DNA of 64,000 nucleotides from Octopus vulgaris (taxonomy: Eukaryota), in the NCBI GenBank assembly GCA_951406725.2, contig OX597826.1, forward strand, positions 73,284,001-73,348,000, written 5' to 3'. The position numbers and the translations under genes were made by a program. The notes under the pieces are model-generated. The model saw only the letters and a list, made by a program, of their open reading frames with translations, had not been told where the DNA came from and did no database searches. Below are positions 59,379 through 64,000 of this stretch, piece by piece (position 1 is the first letter of the stretch; every line of letters begins with the position of its first letter).

Positions 59379-59462
59379 TTTTCTACATATGTTTCGAAGG
59401 CTGCAAAGTCCCTAATTCGGATTGAATAAGGAGTCCATTTTGCAGCCTTCTCTTCAGGAAAA
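59379..59462 (-). ncRNA. Type I hammerhead ribozyme motif (left arm)
   Basis: Reverse complement of 59560-59643. Confidence 0.8.
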
Positions 59463-59559
59463 TCCAGGAACGTCAGGAAATCCATTTATTTCATGGGCTC
59501 CTCGTGAGCGTTTGTCGAAAAGCTTGCTGTGCATTTTGTTGGAGAATTAAGTTCCTGGT

Positions 59560-59643
59560 TTTTCCTGAAGAGAAGGCTGCAAAATGGACTCCTTATTCAA
59601 TCCGAATTAGGGACTTTGCAGCCTTCGAAACATATGTAGAAAA
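59560..59643 (+). ncRNA. Type I hammerhead ribozyme motif (right arm)
   Basis: UUUUC-CUGAAGA-GAAGGCUGCAAA-(31 nt)-UUUGCAGCCUUC-GAAA-CAUAUG-UA-GAAAA; 12-bp stem II, palindromic stem III, predicted cleavage after A59638. Confidence 0.85.
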
Positions 59644-59848
59644 TAATAAAAAGGAATTTTGTTAAATCTTCGTTCAGCTCCATTTCTTCCTACACTTAAT
59701 ATATAAAACTTCAAATTTCCGCACTAAGGCACGGATTTTATGCCCCATGGTCGTAACTTCAACCGTGCTTTTTCTGTTGTGATTTTTGCTACCCAGGTAT
59801 CGGTTATCATTTGAATTATCCGTAATAAGATAATTCATTTATCTACTT

Positions 59849-60193
<345 letters not shown>

Positions 60194-60222
60194 GTAACAT
60201 GTGACATTTATTCGGTAGCCAT

Positions 60223-60284
60223 GATAAAACTCCGAGTTTCGGATGTCGGAATGGAAAATCCACGTCGCCATCTCTTCAGTTATC
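60223..60284 (-). ncRNA. Type I hammerhead ribozyme motif (repeat family E)
   Basis: GAUAA-CUGAAGA-GAUGGCG...CGACAUCC-GAAA-CUCGGAG-UU-UUAUC; 5-bp stem I, intact core, GUU triplet. Confidence 0.75.
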
Positions 60285-61244
60285 CGGCCATCGGATCACA
60301 TATTACATTTACAGATATATATATATATATATATATATTACATATATATACACATATATATACATATTTATACATAAATATATGCACGCACACACACAAA
60401 CATATATGTGCTATTGCTAGATGAAAAGAAAGAGTACTCCAAACTCGATACAGAGTATACTGCGTATTGAAGCTAAATTCTTTTTCTTGCGACTTGAATT
60501 TAACGCCGTGCAGGATCCATTCAGAATGTCTTCGGATATTTCAACGTGGTTGTATACTTAAACGGGTTTATTCTTTTGTATGTACCAACAATTATCATCG
60601 GTTAGTCGTTTTGTTAGTTTTCCTGTCGTTAATTGTATTGTTTTGGGTTTTTTGCCGTGTTGGTATCGTCAAATCTTCTATCGGTTTCCTTTCTGGTATA
60701 TCATCGTTCTGCTGAATATTATCAATATTGTCTTCCGTTTCCATTGATCGCTTCGTTTTCATTGGTCGGTTCATCATTGTACTCGGTTTCACAAAACTAT
60801 TATCATTCTGTTGATTGTCTCGATATCCTCCGGCCCAGTAGCGCTATACGTTAATTAATATCACATTATGGTTTTACTTGATCTATTCATTCTGTTTTTC
60901 GGTCCAGTATTGTATCATGTGGTTATTGTGGTTGGTGTTGTCTTTGATATCGCTGAGTAATTATTCTGCTTGGCTGTTATCAGGCTCTTGTTCACAATGA
61001 CTCCTTTGTTGTGTACGGCTTTTTGTTGTACTAAACATCGTCCTGCTTCTACTGTTATTTAATTGTTAGTGCAGGTATTAATGGACTTCTGATAGTTGAG
61101 CGTCACAGCATGTTATTCAATCATATCAACTTATGAGCAGAAACAAAATAGCTCAATAAATAATGTAGAAGAATCTTACTTCCCCCGGCATTCAGGCCCT
61201 AAGTTCGCTTCCTATGGTATACATATATAATAAAAATAAATGCG

Positions 61245-61465
61245 CCCTTTTCAAACCTAGCCAGTCTCATGGGCCCGGTTTCCCGGTTTTAATGGTGTAC
61301 GTGTTCCCCAGCTGGACAGGACGCCAGTCCATCGCAGCGTTACTCATTTTTGCCAGTTGAGTGGACTGGAGCAACGTGAAATGAAGTGTTTTGCTCAAGA
61401 ACACAACGCGTCGCCCGGTCCAGGAATCGAAACCACAATCTAACCACTAAGTCACGCGCCTCCAC
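61245..61465 (-). mobile_element. tRNA-derived SINE family C
   Basis: Inverse of 35940-36197. Confidence 0.85.
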
Positions 61466-61980
61466 ATAGTATACATATACTGTTGTCTAAGTATGTTCAT
61501 TTAAATGTATTTGTCCTTGAAAGGTTTTCGTAAATCCATCTCTATTTATTACGACATTTGTAAGACACATGCTTAGAGGGCAATTATTCGCGACAACGCG
61601 TGTGTAAGCACTGTTGTTACACTTTATCCTCTGAGTTACAGCTTTTTCACACATTAAGAGAAGGGAGACACCATAGAAATGTTAAATGGTTTACGGCACA
61701 AATGAAATAATTTTAAATTTGCTAAAATAATATTCGAAGTGGTCTATATGATCGGAAATATAATTTTGAAGTGTTCATGGTGTCATAGGAAACATTTGAT
61801 CAAAGACTTTGCAATTAATAAGAAAAGTGGAAAACTTTGTAAATATAAATAAAGTGGAAGTATACGAAATTAAACATTAATTTCCATTTTACTGTTGGTT
61901 TTGTTTCATTTTGCGAGTGGATTTGGTAGACGGAAACTGAAAAGAAGCCCGTCGTATATATATATATACATATATATATA

Positions 61981-62014
<34 letters not shown>

Positions 62015-62024
62015 CATACATACA

Positions 62025-62110
<86 letters not shown>

Positions 62111-63392
62111 TAGAAAAACGCAATAGAGGACAATAAAACATCGGGACAGATAGACGATATAAAGGCGGACAGGAAAAACAGCAATTAGAGGGACAGAGAA
62201 AAAAGACGGGTAATTCGTGGCCTTCTTTCGTCAGTCAAGTTACCAGATGTCCTTACAGTTTCGAAACTAAAAGAAAAACTAAACATTAACACCACGTTAC
62301 AGAGTTTATTTAGATGTGTTGATACTGAGTCTGTATATTGAGTAACTGTATTACAAGGTAGGTGTATATCATAATTGTGACACGAAATATAGACTGTAAC
62401 ATTGCAGATGTTTTTAACAGCAAACTGCAGAATCTATAATATGCGGTTATCATGACACAGGTATTGTTTAACAGTACATCTCAGAGTGTAAAGGATGTCG
62501 AAGACAAGGCTAAGAACAGCATCATTTATAATTACTCCAAAGCAGTATGACATCAATTATAGCTGTATACTAATTATATTAATTGAAATAAACTACATTT
62601 CTCTAATATTAATTAGATAATTCCCATTATAATCTTATTTATCTTTAGACACAGGCGCAAAGTTCACAGAGAAACGTTTCCACTGTGTTCTTCTTCCTCT
62701 CTTTCTCTCCTTCACACATTTTCTCTCTCTCTCCCTCCTCTCTCTCTCTCTCTCTCTCTGTCCTGCACATATTCACATATGTATTTGATGTGTGATTGTA
62801 TACACACACATATATACGTACATACATACATATACAAACACACATATACACACACATATGTATGCATGTATGTATGCAATTGAGACAATATTGAGACAAA
62901 ATAGCTGTCTATGGATCATACTTAATATATATATACGCTTTTTATAGGCCAGTCACTGCAGTGTCTGTCCTGAGATAACATCTCTTATGGACATGCTGTG
63001 TTAAATATTGGAGAGGGACGAAAGTTCGTCCCAACGGCGCCCAGCAAAAGCACCAAATGCATTTCAGCCATTTTAAACATCCCCAATGACGTATACTCGC
63101 AGCCAGCCACATACTCGAGCGAGAAATCGTCGCATCCGGTATAAGAAAACGTAAATAAAATATTCACTGATGTTGCGAATAACGTCTTAGCTGAATAAAA
63201 ATCCGATATACGCAATTGAGGCAATATTTAAATAAAACTGCCATCTATCTATCATACTTAATGTATATACACTCAATGGTTTCCGAGGAGTAATTTGTGT
63301 GTGTGTGTGCGCGCGTGTGTGTGTGCGTTTGTGTGTTTGTGTTTGTATGCTCGCGCGCGTGTTTGTGCACGTGTGTGTATATATATATGTTT

Positions 63393-63619
63393 CTTTACTA
63401 CCCACAAGGGGCTAAACATAGAGGGGACAAACAAGGACAGAGAAACGGATTAAGTCGATTACATCGGCCCCAGTGAATAACAGGTACTTAATTTATCGAC
63501 CTCGAAAGGATGAAAGGCAAAGTCGACCTCGGCGGAATTTGAACTCAGAACGTAGCGACGGGCGAAATACCGCGAAGCACTTCGCCCGGCGTGCTAACGT
63601 CTCTGCCAGCTCGCCGCCA
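63393..63619 (-). mobile_element. tRNA-derived SINE family B
   Basis: Close match to 36281-36510. Confidence 0.88.
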
Positions 63620-63622
63620 TAC

Positions 63623-63707
<85 letters not shown>

Positions 63708-63741
63708 GCACACACGCGCACGTGCACATATAGACAAACAT

Positions 63742-63829
<88 letters not shown>

Positions 63830-64000
63830 ATGGACAAACAGATAGGTAGATAGGTAGACAGATAGATAGACAAACAGACAGACAGATACATGCATGCATA
63901 CATACATACATACATACATACATACACATACATACATACATACATACATACATACATACATACATACATACATACATACATACATACATACATACGCACA

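Larger units (their letters stand above)
59317..59850. mobile_element. Young PLE-type fold-back element: 155-bp inverted arms (59317-59471, 59551-59705), 79-bp spacer, about 145-bp tail, inserted in (TA)n
   Basis: Arms are reverse complements with one visible mismatch; each contains a complete hammerhead. Confidence 0.85.

Overview
AT-rich, microsatellite-saturated animal genomic DNA. The SINE families point to an octopus or other coleoid cephalopod (inference). Nearly all ORFs in the track are translations of (TA)n/(CA)n/(GATA)n/(CAC)n repeats. Genic signal is limited to two short + strand ATG-to-GTAAGT exons (15897-15936 and 43574/43616-43655), both phase 1, which look like alternative first coding exons of one large gene continuing beyond the window. 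Nearby are nuclear-receptor/CRE/RORE motif clusters and possibly a divergent minus-strand spliced transcript. The rest is intronic/intergenic: three tRNA-derived SINE families, nested CR1/L2-type LINE ends, two decayed Penelope-like (PLE) RT regions, a hAT-type MITE and a Helitron-like end. The most notable signal is a set of type I hammerhead ribozyme motifs from several distinct short-element families. They sit in (TA)n tracts and often occur as inverted sense/antisense pairs. Cores are intact at 16699-16743 (+), 16596-16639 (-), 59560-59643 (+), 59379-59462 (-) and 60223-60284 (-), with variant or decayed copies elsewhere. All folding and alignment was done by eye.
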